Origin: Mobula hypostoma
Taxonomy: Eukaryota
Assembly (NCBI RefSeq): GCF_963921235.1
Contig: NC_086108.1
Location: 97,714,001 to 97,778,000 of the forward strand
Direction: 5' to 3'
Length of the DNA stretch: 64,000 nucleotides
The notes beneath the pieces are model-generated. The model saw nothing but the letters and a program-made list of their open reading frames with translations. It did not search any database and had not been told where the DNA came from. The position numbers and the translations under genes are program-made. Positions within the stretch are counted from its first letter, which is position 1; each line of letters begins with the position of its first letter. Below, in pieces: positions 25,570-37,539 of the stretch.

Positions 25570-25790
25570 TTTACTTACTTTACTTTATACTTTATTGTCA
25601 CCAAACAATTGGTACTAGAACGTACAATCGTCACAGCGATATTTGATTCTGCGCTTCACACTCCCTAGATTACAAATATTAAACAATAAAGATATTGAAA
25701 ATAGTTAAAATTAGTAAATATTAAAAATGTAAATTGTAAGTCATAAATAGAAAATAGAAAAATGGGAAGTAAGGTAGTGCAAAAAATATC
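25570..25790 (-). mobile_element. Rex1-like 3'UTR/tail fragment
   Basis: Reverse complement of the 41400-41595 3'UTR; (TTTAC)n tail. Confidence 0.85.
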
Positions 25791-26119
25791 CTTTAGTTAC
25801 AGGGTGTGTGAGATTTGAAACTCGCTACATGCAAGTAAGTGTAGGTGAGTCTGAAGCCCTAAGGACGTTTCAAGAGGACTTGGATGTGGACATGATGGTT
25901 TCTGACCTGTAGTGCTCTGAACCCAGTGCTGAAAGATGGGATCAGTCTGGGGGGTAGGGGGCTGCTTTACAGCTGCCAGTATATCATGGGACAAATGGTT
26001 TTGTTCTGTGCTGTAAAAAGCCTTTGATGATGGTTGGCTGGTGGGGTATTATCTGGTCACGGAGAGGGTTTGGATATAGTATGCCCTGTGAATGAATAAA
26101 GCAAATAGATGTTAATGAA

Positions 26120-27175
26120 AGATTAGATTTAATTGTTACATGTACCAACCTCTACATTGAAACACTGAAACATATAGTGAAATGAATCGTTTGTGCTAGC
26201 GACTGAGGATTGTGCTGGGGGCAGCCCGCAAATGTTGCCATGCTTCTGGCACCAACATAGTGCATCCACAATTTAGTAATGTAATGCTACCCGATTTGCA
26301 GATATTTTATGCTGTCTCCAAGAAACAACAACACACTGGATGTCCTTGGCATGAGTCTTCCAATTCAGATTTATTTAACTTCAAAGTCCAAAGTCAATTT
26401 ATTATCCAGGTTCATATATGTCATTAGACAATAGACAATAGGTGCAGGAGTAGGCTATTTGGCCCTTCGAGCCAGCACTGCCATTCACTGTGATCATGGC
26501 TGATCATCCACAATCAGTACCCCGTTCCTGCCTTCTCCACATATCCCTTGACACCGCTATCATCGAGAGCTCTAACTCTTTTTTAAAAGCATCCAGAGAA
26601 TTGGCCTCCACTGCCTTCTGAGGTAGAGCATTCCACAGATCCACAACTCTCTGGGTGAAAAAGTTCTTCCTCAACTCCGTTCTAAATGGCCTACCCCTTA
26701 TTCATAAACTGTGACCTCTGGTTCTGGACTCCCCCAACATCGGGAACATGTTTCCTGCCTCTAGCGTGTCCAATCCCTTAATAATCTTATATGTTTCAAA
26801 TCAGATCCCCTCTCATCCTTCTAAATTCCAGTGTATATAAGCCCAGTCGCTCCAATCTTTCAGCATATGACATTCCCACCATCCCGGGAATTAACCCAGT
26901 GAACCTCTGCTGCACTCCCTCCATAGCAAGAATGTCCTTCCTCAAATTTGGAGACCAAAACTGTACACAATACTCCAGTCACCATATGCAACCCTGAGAT
27001 TAATTTTGTTGTGGGCATATTCAATAAATTTACTAACCTGTATGTCTTTAGAATGTGGGAGGAAAGCAGAGCACCCAAAGGAAACCTGAGTGGCCTCGGC
27101 CATGGACTCCTTACAGACAGCATCCGGGATTGAACCTGGGTGGCTGGATGGCTAACATCTATACTGTGCTGTCAT
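26120..27175 (-). mobile_element. tRNA-derived SINE split by insertions (26280-27026)
   Basis: gtgctgggggcagcccgcaa...ccaacatag at 26212-26260 continues at 27030-27150 (gaatgtgggaggaaagcagagcacc...gggattgaacctggg = reverse-complement V domain and B box). Confidence 0.75.
26425..26977 (-). mobile_element. CR1 3' fragment, young
   Basis: (TAGACAA)n tail on the + strand; reverse complement of CR1 ORF2 C-terminus. Confidence 0.92.
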
Positions 27176-27334
27176 CCTGAACTCTGCTGTACCACCCTGA
27201 ACTCACAAGAACATGGAGAAATCTGCTAACAGAGATTGGCAGGTAATGGATTTAAAGATAAAGCATAAAGTCATTTGTAAAGTACAATTATTTTTCATAT
27301 TTTCTTACATGCAATATGTATAGTAGTTACATAG

Positions 27335-27337
<3 letters not shown>

Positions 27338-27372
<35 letters not shown>
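27338..27372. repeat. (TG)n microsatellite, ~17 units
   Basis: Direct read. Confidence 0.98.
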
Positions 27373-27375
<3 letters not shown>

Positions 27376-27384
27376 ATATATAGT

Positions 27385-27618
27385 CTAGGTCCATCCCTGA
27401 TTACAAATGCATAATTTATGTATAAATGAGTGTTTGGGAGACTGGCGGAATAGATTTGCCAGCTGCTGCAGGGCTGTAGGAATCTTCTGTCTTGTGGGAA
27501 CATGGTTTGCAACATTATCATTGTATCTTGCGGAGAAATCGGAATGCCAGAGTCGAATGCCCAGGGTTACAAACTGTTCTCAGGAACAGAACCCAGTTGT
27601 AACCGGGGGGGAACTGCA
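27385..27618. mobile_element. Decayed Tigger/pogo-like MITE
   Basis: Imperfect terminal inverted repeats (TIRs) aggtccatccctgattacaaa / gttgtaaccgggggggaactg. Subterminal ggttacaa...ttgtaacc palindrome. Confidence 0.5.
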
Positions 27619-27739
27619 TTTCAAACAGAGGGTAAAAATCTTCTGAAACTAAAATGATTCAAGGAACGTTATGACCTATAACCTATGGACTCAGTTTCAA
27701 GGGCTCTGCAACGCATGTTCTCATGTTATTTATCTGCTA

Positions 27740-27960
27740 ACACAAGAAAATTTGCAGACACTGGAGATGCAAAGCAACACACATAAAGTGCTGGAGGATC
27801 TCAGCAGGTCAGGCAGCATCTACGGAAAAGAGTAAAAGTTAATGTTTTGGGCTGAGACGCTCTTGAGTCCTGAAGAAGGGTCTCGGCCCGAAACAGCAAC
27901 TGTTTACTCTTTTCCAGAAATGTTGCCTGACCTGCTGAGTTCCTCCAGCATTTATGTGTA
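27740..27960. mobile_element. PLE-derived fold-back mini-element with hammerhead-like motif, inserted in a Rex 3'UTR (27675-28180)
   Basis: TSD ttatttatctgcta / ttattaatttgcta (27726-27739, 27961-27974). agtc-ctgaaga-agggtctcggccc-gaaac at 27866. Confidence 0.85.
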
Positions 27961-28679
27961 TTATTAATTTGCTATTTATTTATTATTATTTATTTTACTG
28001 TATCTGCACTGTTTGTCTTCTTTTGCACATTGATTGTTTGTCAGTCTCTATTTGTGTGCAGCTTTTCATTTCATTCCCATTGTATTCCTTTATTCCACTG
28101 TGAATGTCCACAAGAAAATGATTAGAAGGTAGTATATGGTGACATACATAATTTGATAATAAATTTACTTTGAACTTTAAAGTTGGTTTTGTACAAAAAA
28201 GGTTCTAATCAGTGCCTTAGCACCCATTCTTTGCACTAAAAACTAGTGATTGTTAAAATGTATTGTTCTGAAATGATGTCATGTAATAGTATTTTATCTG
28301 TTGGCCTAGCCTATCAATGAGGTCCCAACATGTCAGAACACGCAAAAAATATGTTACACTTCCTCTTTAATAGTTCTCTATTTTTTCTTTTCTTATCACA
28401 GACACTGGCTTTATTACTGAGCTCAGATGTTACCTGTATGCCGATAAATTGGCCAGGTCCCCGAAGGGTTTCTCGGTCACCTCTCATCCCAGATGTAAGA
28501 GCTTAGACTTCTGCTGTAATTGTCTGGTCTCAAGGTTGTCGCCAAATTGGAGCAGTTCAGCTTCCTTTGAACATTGTTCCTTCAGTATGATGGTACCTGC
28601 TTTGCAGGTGTTTTATGCTGTTTCAAATAAACAACAACACACATGATGTCCAATGAGCCTGCCAATTCAGATTTATTTA

Positions 28680-29490
28680 AGTTCAAAGTGCAATGTAAAT
28701 TTATTATCAAAGTACATATATGTCACCACATTCAACATTGAGATTCATTTTCTTGAGGGAATGATCAATAAATCCATAGAATATCAATAATAGAATCGCC
28801 GATGTGCAAAAGACAACAAACTGTGCAAATACAAAAAGATAGAAAGAAATAATAAATAAATAATGAACGAGCAATAAATATCAAGAACATGAGATGAAGA
28901 GTCCTTGAAAGTGAGTCCACAGGTTGTGGGAGCATTTCAGTCATGAGCAAGTGAAGTTGAGTGAAGTTATCCCCTTTGGTTCAAGAGCCTGATGGTTGAG
29001 GGGTAATAACTGTTCATGAACCTGGTGATGTGGGCCTTGAGGCTCCTGTACCTTCTTCCTGATGGCAGCAGCGAGAAGAGAACTTTACCTGGGTGGTGGG
29101 GGCCCTTGTTGACGGATGGTGCTTTCCTGCGACACCACCCTGTGTAGATGTGCTCAGTGGTGGGGAGGGTTTTACCTGTGATGGACTGGGCCGAGCACCA
29201 CACACAAAATGCTGGAGGAATTCAGTAGGCCAGGCAGCATCCAGGAAAATAGCACAGTCGACGTTTTGGGCCGAACCGTCGACTGTACTCTTTTCCTAGA
29301 TACTGCCTGGCCTGTTAATTTCCTCCAGCATTTTGTGTGTGTTGCTCAAATTTCCAGTACCTGCAGATGTTCTCTTGTTGTGAATGTACTGGGCTGTGGC
29401 CACTACGTTGTGTAGGATTTCCATTCACGGGCATTGGTGTTTCCATACCAGGCTCTGTTGCAGACAATCAATATACTCCCCGCTACATGT
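28680..29490 (-). mobile_element. Rex1/Babar-like 3' fragment
   Basis: Minus ORF AQSITGKTLPTTEHIY...LLPSGRRYRSLKAHITRFMNSYYP; tail at 28680. Confidence 0.9.
29194..29383. mobile_element. PLE-derived fold-back mini-element nested in Rex1
   Basis: Inverted arms. TSD atggactgggccg / atgtactgggctg (29181-29193, 29384-29396). Confidence 0.85.
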
Positions 29491-30339
29491 CGCATGTACA
29501 TCAAAACATGCAGTGAAATGTGAAATTTTGGTCAACAATCAACGCATTTGTTCAGGGGGGCAGCCCGCAAGGGTTGCCACACATTCTGGTGCCAACACAG
29601 CATGCCAACGTTAGAACAACACGGAACACAACAAAACAGAACATACCAAGAAAATAAGCAACAATGGCGAAACAAGCCACATTCCTCTCAACCTCCCACC
29701 CTCTCTCTCATGCAGATACACAGCCCTCTAACCCCAGGAAAGGCCATCTTTGGCTGCAGCATACAGCAAACTTGTGGATTCACAGATACTGGGCCGCAAC
29801 TTCATGCACATTGAAGTGTGAGTCCTATCTCTCAGGCAATGTCTAATCTACTTGCAGGGGGCATCAGCATGTTAAATTATATGTGTTGATGTTCTGCGAG
29901 TCTAGACCTGTTTCTCTGAATGAACTACAGCAGAAGAGTCCTTGTATTGCTCCTAGTTCATGCCCAAAGCATGATGGGATACTTAGCATTCATGGCTACC
30001 ATTTTGTGGTCACCTCTGCACTATTCTGAATCCTCACCTGTCAAAGTAGCTAGAATTTGCCGCAAGTGAAATACGTTCAGCACTGTTGTGCATGGTGTAA
30101 GAACGTAAGCTAGAAGCCAACACCTGAAAATACCAGCGTGGCTGGTAGGAGGACTGGGACATGCAGAGACTAACATTCCGACACTGGAATGAACCATAAG
30201 GATTTCACGTTGGGGTGCTTGAGGGAGCTGGAGACCAGGGAACAGAGCTGAAGACTTGAAAATAGAGCCTGAAGAATTAGGAGAGCTGAACTGACCCCTT
30301 GAAGCAAATATTTTCTCAAAGAAGCTCTGAGTGTATACT

Positions 30340-32000
30340 ACCAACAGAGGGGAGGTACAGAAACGGAAAACACACGCTCAACATTTTAGGTACAACTTCT
30401 TTACTTCTGCCATCAGATTTCAGAACAGACAATGAGCCAACCCATAATCACTACCTCATTATTTTTGCATTACTTATTTCATTTATTTTTTATATTTTTA
30501 ATAAGCTTCAAGACCATGGCCTCAACACCTCCTTGTGCAATTGGATCTTCAATTTCCTCATTTGCAGACCCAAGTCAGTCTGGATTGGCAACAACATCTC
30601 CTCTACGATCTCCATCAGTACAGGTGCACCTCAAGGCTGTGTACTTAGCCCCCTGATCTACTTGTTTTACTCTTACAATTGTGAGGGTAAGCACAGTTCC
30701 ATTGCCCTATTTAAGTTTGCTGATGACACCATTGACGTTGACCGAATCAAAAATGGGGACAAATCAGCATATAGGAGGGAGACTGAAAATCTGGCTGAGT
30801 AGTGCCACAACAACCACCTCTTACTCAATGTCAGCAAGACCAAGGAGCTGATTATTGACTTAAGGAGAGAAAATCAGAGGTCCATGACCAATCTTTATTG
30901 GGGGATCAGAGGTGGAGAGGATCAGCAATTTTAAATTCCTTGGTGTTATTATTTTAGAGGACCTGTACTGGGCCCAGCACATGTGCAATTATGAAGAAAG
31001 CATGGCAGTGTCACTTCTTCCTTAAGAGTTTGCAAAGATTCAGTATGACATCTAAGACTTTGACAAACTTCTATAGATGTGTAGTAGGGAGGTTAATGAC
31101 TGGCTATATCACAGCCTTGTATGGAAACACCAATGCCCTTGAATGGAAAACCCTACAAAAATTAGTTGATACAGCCCAGTACATCATGAGTAAAGCCACC
31201 GCCCCCCACCATTGAGCAGATCAACATGAAACTTTGTCACAGGAAAGCAACATCCATCATCAGGGACCCCCAACACCAAAGACGTGCTCTGTTCTTGCTA
31301 CTGTCATCAGGAAGAACGTACTGGAGACTCAGGGCTCAGAACACGAGGTTCGGGAACAGTTATTACCCCTCAACAATCAGCCTCTTGAACCAAAGGGGAT
31401 AACTTCACTTCTCCCATCATTGAGATGCTCCCACAACCAATGGACTCACTTCCAAGGACTCCTCATCTCATGTTCTTGATATTTATTGCTCCTTTACTTT
31501 TATTTTTATTTATTTATTTTTGTATTTACATAGCTTGTTGTCTTTTTTGTTTTTTTTTTAAATATATATTACGGTACTTCTCTTTTTGCACTATTTAAAA
31601 ATATATATATATTCTGTAATTTATTTATTTTCTTTCTATATTATCATGTATTACACTGTAGTGCTGCTGCTAAGTTAATAAATTTCACAACACATGCCAG
31701 TGATAATAAACCTGATTCTGATTCTTCTGCGCACAGGTTGAATGCCCAAATTGGTGTGATTTTTCATTGATTCTATTATGGTTATTATTCTATTATGGAT
31801 TTATTGAGTGTACGTGCAAGAAAATGAATCTCAGGGTTGTATATGGTGAGATATATGTACTTTGATAATAAATTTACTTTGAATTTTATTGTAGTTTATT
31901 CATTTTTATGTCTTGCACAGTACTCCAGCTGCAAAACAACAAATTTCACAACATACAGTATGTAAGTGATACTAAATCTGATTCTGATTCTGATTCTGCG
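30340..32000 (+). mobile_element. Nested Rex1/Babar-like LINEs (RT fragment 30500-31890 inside another Rex 3' end)
   Basis: KLQDHGLNTSLCNWIFNFL, TGAPQGCVLSPLIY, FKFADDT; several (ATTCTG)n and tttgaa tails. Confidence 0.9.
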
Positions 32001-32367
32001 ATGTGCATGTCTGAGTCTGTATACACACAAGGGACTGTAGCCGAATGTACATTACTTTGATGTTGGCTGCTTCAGGGACTTTGCAGCTATAATGAACTCG
32101 AAGAAGGAATTCGCGCCTGGGCAGAATGACTGAGCCCACTGTGGCGTAAAACTACTTACACAGAGGAGCTTGGGAACTGGAATAAAAAGAGATTGTTTGT
32201 GCAATGACCAGTTGATGGGGAGTCACTAGCAGAAGTTCAGTGCTCAGTGAGAATGCTGGTGAGTTATGAACTAGGTCTAGATAAATATGAGTAACTCATC
32301 ATCTGTAGTAATAAAAGCTCAGAAGTTGCCAGCCACTGATAATAAGGACCCAAATTTATAGAAACAT

Positions 32368-32690
32368 AATAAATAATAAAGGCATCTGTTAGTCTTGCGA
32401 GACCGTGGATCTGCGCCTGGAAAGTCTTCACTCTCCAGGGCGCAGGCCTGGGCAAGGTTGTATGGAAGACCAGCAGTTGGCCATGCTGCAAGTCTCCCCT
32501 CTCCATGACACCAATGTTGTCCAAGGGAAGGGCATTAGGACCCATACAGCTTGGCACCAGTGTCGTCGCAGAGCACTGTGTGATTAAGTGCCTTGCTCAA
32601 GGACACAACACGTTCCCTTGGCTGGGGCTCAAACTCATGACCATCAGGTAGCTAGTCCAATGCCTTAACCACTTGGCCACGTGCTCACAC
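32368..32690 (-). mobile_element. tRNA-headed SINE with RTE-related 3' half
   Basis: Minus strand: A box tggccaagtgg, B box gagtttgagccc, gtgtccttgagcaaggcactta core. The remainder matches 48535-48748; (TTA)n tail. Confidence 0.8.
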
Positions 32691-33070
32691 AATAGAACCA
32701 TAGAAACATAGAAAATAGGTGCAGGAGTAGGCCATTCAGCCCTTCGAGCCTGCACCACCATTCAGTATGATCATGGCTGATCATTCAGCTCAGAACCCTG
32801 TACCTGCTTTCTCTCCATACCCCCTGATCCCTTTAGCCACAAGGGCCCATATCTAACTCCTTCTTAAATACAGCCAATGAACTGGCCTCAACTGTTTCTT
32901 GTGGCAGAGAATTCTACAGATTCACCACTCTCTGTGTGAAGAAGTTTTTCTTCATCTCGGTCCTAAAAGGCTTCCCCGTAATCCTTAAACTGTGACCCCT
33001 CGTTCTGGACTTCCCCAACATCGGGAACAATCTTCCTGCATCTAGCCTGTCCAATCCCTTTAGAATTTTA

Positions 33071-33257
33071 ATGCAAACAACAGGAATTCTGCAGATGCTG
33101 GAAATTCAAGCAACACACATCAAAGTTGCTGGTGAACGCAGCAGGCCAGGCAGCATCTGAGTCCTGACGAAGGGTCTCGGCCTGAAACGTCGACTGCACC
33201 TCTTCCTGCAGATGCTGCCTGGCCTGCTGCGTTCACCAGCAACTTTGATGTGTGTTG
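33071..33257. mobile_element. Hammerhead-bearing PLE fold-back mini-element (187 bp)
   Basis: Perfect 49-bp inverted repeat 33111-33159 / 33209-33257. 40-bp unpaired tail 33071-33110. Perfect 16-bp TSD tccctttagaatttta (33055-33070, 33258-33273). Confidence 0.95.
33160..33195 (+). ncRNA. Minimal type I hammerhead ribozyme motif (PLE-type)
   Basis: AGUC-CUGACGA-AGG(gucucgg)CCU-GAAA-C-GUC^-GACU; all core nucleotides intact. Confidence 0.82.
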
Positions 33258-33792
33258 TCCCTTTAGAATTTTATACGTTTCAATAAGATCCTCCCTCAAT
33301 CTTCTAAATTCCAGTGAGTATAAGCCTAGTCGATCCAGTCTTTCTTCATATGAAAGTCCTGCCATCCCGGGAGTCAATCTGGTGAACCTTCTTTGTACTC
33401 CCTCTATGGCAAGAATGTCTTTCCTCAGATGAGGGGACCAAAACTGCACACAATCTGAAGTCCATTATGAAGTTAAGGCATAAAGAGCAAATAAACCAAG
33501 TTAACATTCAACACTACACAACATAATAGCAACACAGGCAATGGAAGTGAAACTACTTCTTGCTGCTGAATGGATTGTAAGCAATGCAATCTGTAGTAAT
33601 GATGAACTTGTTATGAAAGTGAGCATGCTATCTTAAAGCATAACTCTATTGGTCAAAAATAAATGGTGAACCATGAATTGTTTCCATGAAATTCAACAGA
33701 TCCATTTTGTTTCTTGAGTTTATTGGTAAACATCTGAGAAATGTCACCTCGGTTACAGGTCAGGACAAGCAACATCAGCTTTCTTCTTACTG

Positions 33793-36700
33793 CAACACAC
33801 ACACAGTGCTGGAGGAACTCAGCAGGTTAGGCAGCACCTATGGAAATGAGTAAACAGTCGATGTTTCGGGTTGAGACCCTTCATCAGGACTGGAAAGGAA
33901 GGGGGAAGATGCCAGAATAAGAAGGTGGGGGGAGGACAAGCTCAAATGTGATAAGTAAAGCCAGGAGGGTAGGGGAAGGGCAATGAAGTAAGAAGCCTGG
34001 AGGTGATAAGTAGCTGAGGCAAAGGGCTGGAGAAGAACGAATCTGATAGATTAGATTAGATTCAACTTTATTGTCATTGTGCCAAGCACAGATACAAAGC
34101 CAATGAAATGCAGTTAGCATCTAACCAGAAATGCAAAGAATAATGTTATTTACAAAATAACTGCGAATAAAAAGTAAGTGCTACAGCACCCAAATATGAA
34201 AGTACTGAGACGGTACAATATGGGTGCAATACTGCTTAGCGCTGTGATGAGAGGTTCAGCAGGGTCACAGCCTCAGGGAAGAAGCTCTTCCTGTGCCTGC
34301 TGGTGCGGGAGCGGAGGCTCCTGTAACGCCTACCGGATGGGAGGAGAGTTGGGGTGAGATGCATCCTTGATAATGTTTTCACCCTGCCCAGGTAGCGTTT
34401 ATGGTAGATGTTCTCAATGGTGGGCAATTAGGTGCCAATAATCCACTGGGAAATTTTCACCACTCGCTGGAGTGCTTTGCAGTCCGATACAGGACAATTG
34501 CCTTACCACACTGAGATGCAGTTGGTGAGTATGCTCTCACTGGTACAGCGGTAAATGTCCATCAGTGTCCTGGGACAGAGGAGAGCTTTCTTGATGCTCC
34601 GCAGGAAATAAAGGCACTGTTGCGCCTTTTTGATCAGGATGGAGGAGTTCAGGGACCAAGTGAGATCCTTGGAAATGTGGACACCAAGGAATCTGAAGCT
34701 TGACACACGTTCCACTACAGCTCTGTTGATGTAGATGGGGATGTGAGTGTGGGTCCTAGCATGCCTGAAGTCCACAATGATCTCTTTGGTCCTCTAGGTG
34801 TTAAGGGCCAGGTGTTGTCGGCACACCACGCAGCCAGGTGCTGGACCTCATCCCTGTAGGCCGTCTCGTCATCCCCTCTGATCAGGCCAACCACCGTGGT
34901 GTCGTCTGCGTACTTGATTATGGAGTTAGAACCATGTACAGGAACGCAGTCATAGGTGAAAAGGGAGTACAGAAGAGGGCTCAGCACAAAGCCTTGAGGC
35001 ACGTCGGTGTTCAGGGTGAGAGTGGAGGAGGAGAGGTTGTCTAACTTAACTAATTGAGGTCTGCTAGTCAGAAAGTCCAAGGTCCATTTGCAGTGGGATA
35101 AGCTGATACCAAGCTGGCGAAGTTTGGCGATCAGCTTGGAGGGGATCGCAGTATTGAATGCCGAACTAACGTTCTGACATAAGAGTCGGGGCTGTCCAGG
35201 TGGGTCAGGGCAGAGTGAAGTGCCGTGGAGATGGCGCCCTCTGTTGACCTGTTGGTGCAATAGGCAAATTGGTGGGGGTCCAGGGTTGTGGGCAGACAGG
35301 ATTTCAGATGTGATAGAACCAGTTTCTCAAAGCACTTTGCAATGATGGGGGTGAGTGCAACTGGGAAAGAAGAGTGGACCACCGGAGAAAGGGAAGCAGG
35401 GGAGGCACAAGCTGGAGGTGATAGGCAGGTGAGGAAAAGAGGTAAGGAGCCAGAGAGGGGAAATAAAGAAGAGGGGAGATGGAGGGGGAAGAAATTTCTG
35501 GAAGTTGGAGAAATCAATGGTCATGCCATCACATTGGAGGCTACCTGGATGGAATATGAGGCGTTGCTCATTCAACCTGAGAGTGGCCTCTTTGTGGCAG
35601 AAGTGGAGGCCATGGGCCAACATGTTTGAATGGCAAATGAATTGAAATCATTGGCCACTGGGAAATTCTTCTTTTTGCGGATGGAACTGAGGCGCTCGAC
35701 GAAGTTGTCCCCCAATCTACGTCGGGTCTTACCAATGTATAGGACGCCGCATCGGGAGCACCGGATGAGGTAGACAACCTCAACAGATTTGCATGTGAAG
35801 TGTTGCCTCACCTGGAAGGACTGTTTGGGGTTCTGAATGGAGGAGGTGAATTGGCAGGTATAGCACTTCTGCTGCTTGTAGGGATAAATTCCAGGAGGGA
35901 TGAATGGAAAATGGAATCACAGACAGAGTGATCCCTATTAAAAGCAGAGAGTGGAGGAGGTAAGGATGTGTTTGGCTGTAGGATCCTGTTGAAGATGATA
36001 GATAATATGTTGGATGCAAAGGTTCATGAGGTGGTAAGTGAGGACAAGAGGAACTCTATCACAGTTGAGGTGATGAGAATGTATGTCCAGAAAATGAAGG
36101 AAATATGGGTTAGAGCAGCATCAATTGTGGAGGAAGGGAAACTCTGTTTTTTTGAAGAAGGTGGACATCTCCGATGTCCAGGAAAGGAAATCCTCATCCT
36201 GGAACAATTGTGTTGGAGACAAAGGAACTGAGAAAAGAGAATAGCATTTTTGCAGGAGACATGGTGGGAAAAGGTATAATCAAGATAGCTGCGGGAATCG
36301 GGAGGTTTATTAAAGATGTTGGTAGATAGTTTGTCACCAGAGATGGAGACAGAGAGTTCCAGAAAAGGGAAAGAGGTCAGAAATGGATCAAGTGAATTCA
36401 AGGGCAGGTGGAAGTTGGAGGCAAAGTTGATGAAATTGATGAGCTCAGCATGGCTGCTTGCTGAGCACCAATGCAGTCATCAATGCAGCACAGAAAGAGT
36501 TGGGCAGCGTTGCTAGGGAAGGCTTGGAACATGGACTGTTCCATATCACCAATGAAAGGGCAGGCATAGCCAGACCCCATGCAGTGTCCATGGGCTACAC
36601 CTTGAGTTTTGGAGAAAGTATGAGGAGCCAAAAGAAAAATTGTTGAGGGTAAGGACCAGTTTTGTCAGAGGGACGACTGTGGTGGCAGTGGAGAACTAGT

Positions 36701-37300
36701 TGGGCTGGTTGTCAAGAAAGAAATGGAGAGCTTTAAGAACTTCTTGATGGGGGGTAGAAGTATATAGGGACTGGACATCCATGGTGAAAATGAGGCAATC
36801 AAAACCAGGGAATTGAAATTTGTTGAAGAAAAGAAGAGCATGAGAAGTGTTGCAGATATAGGTGGGAAGGATCTGAACCAAGGGGGGATAAAATAGAGAC
36901 AAGGTATGCGGACACAAGCTCAGTGGGGCAGGAGCAAGTGGAAAGAATGGGCTTAGAGTGAGATAGGTTTGTGGATCTTGGATGGGAGGTAGAAATGAGC
37001 AGTGTGGGGTAAGGAAACTATGTGTTTCATGGCTGTGGATGGGATATCTCCAGAGTTGATGAGGTCAGTAATGGTGTCGGAATCAACTTTCTGATAATCT
37101 TAACTGGTATCTTCTTCAAGAGGTAAGTAAGAGGAGGTATCTGAGAGTTGCAGCCTACCCTCAGCAAGGTAGAGGTCAGTCCACCACACTAAAAGAGCAG
37201 TCCCTTCGTCTGTTGGCTTGATGGTGAGGTTGGAACTGGTGTGCAGAAAATGGAGACCAGTTGATTCAGAAAGGTTAAGGTTCGAAGAGGAGAGAAGAGC
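33793..37300 (-). mobile_element. Penelope-like retroelement (RT + GIY-YIG endonuclease), decayed, interrupted by Rex1
   Basis: Minus fragments FTMDVQSLYTS, QGVAHGHCMGSGYAC...IDDCIGA, PFLELSVSISGDKLSTNIFNKPPDSRSYLDY, and GIY-YIG VVYLIRCSRCGVLYIGKTRRRLGD. Terminal hammerhead-like motif at 33856-33891 (-). Confidence 0.92.
34049..35362 (-). mobile_element. Rex1/Babar-like LINE (RT to 3' end) nested in the PLE
   Basis: PVALTPIIAKCFEKLV, QFAY, SSAFNT, VPQGFVLSPLLYSLFTYDC, KYADDTTVVGLI. (AATCT)n tail. Same family as 45185-45650. Confidence 0.95.
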
Positions 37301-37539
37301 TCTGTATCTGTTTTTACTAAAGACTCAAAATCAATATCAAAACAGTGAAGAGCAAAGAGACTCACGAGACTCACATAAAGAGAAAGTGATAAAGTTAAAA
37401 AAAAACCTTATTACTGAGGCATTAAACAAATAATTGGCATTGGTTTTTATTAAATGCACAGACATTCTACCAAAATAGTATAGAGCCAAGAGACATGAAA
37501 ATGATGAACTCATTACTCATAAAGAGGAAGTACTGGATA

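Larger units (their letters stand above)
32695..33453 (-). mobile_element. Young CR1 3' fragment interrupted by a PLE mini-element
   Basis: Minus ORF QFWSPHLRKDILAIEGVQRRFTRL...YKILKG; highly similar to 2330-2884. Confidence 0.95.

Noticed and set aside
32600..32690. tRNA gene
   Set aside because: The A/B boxes belong to a SINE head continuing into SINE body; no convincing cloverleaf.
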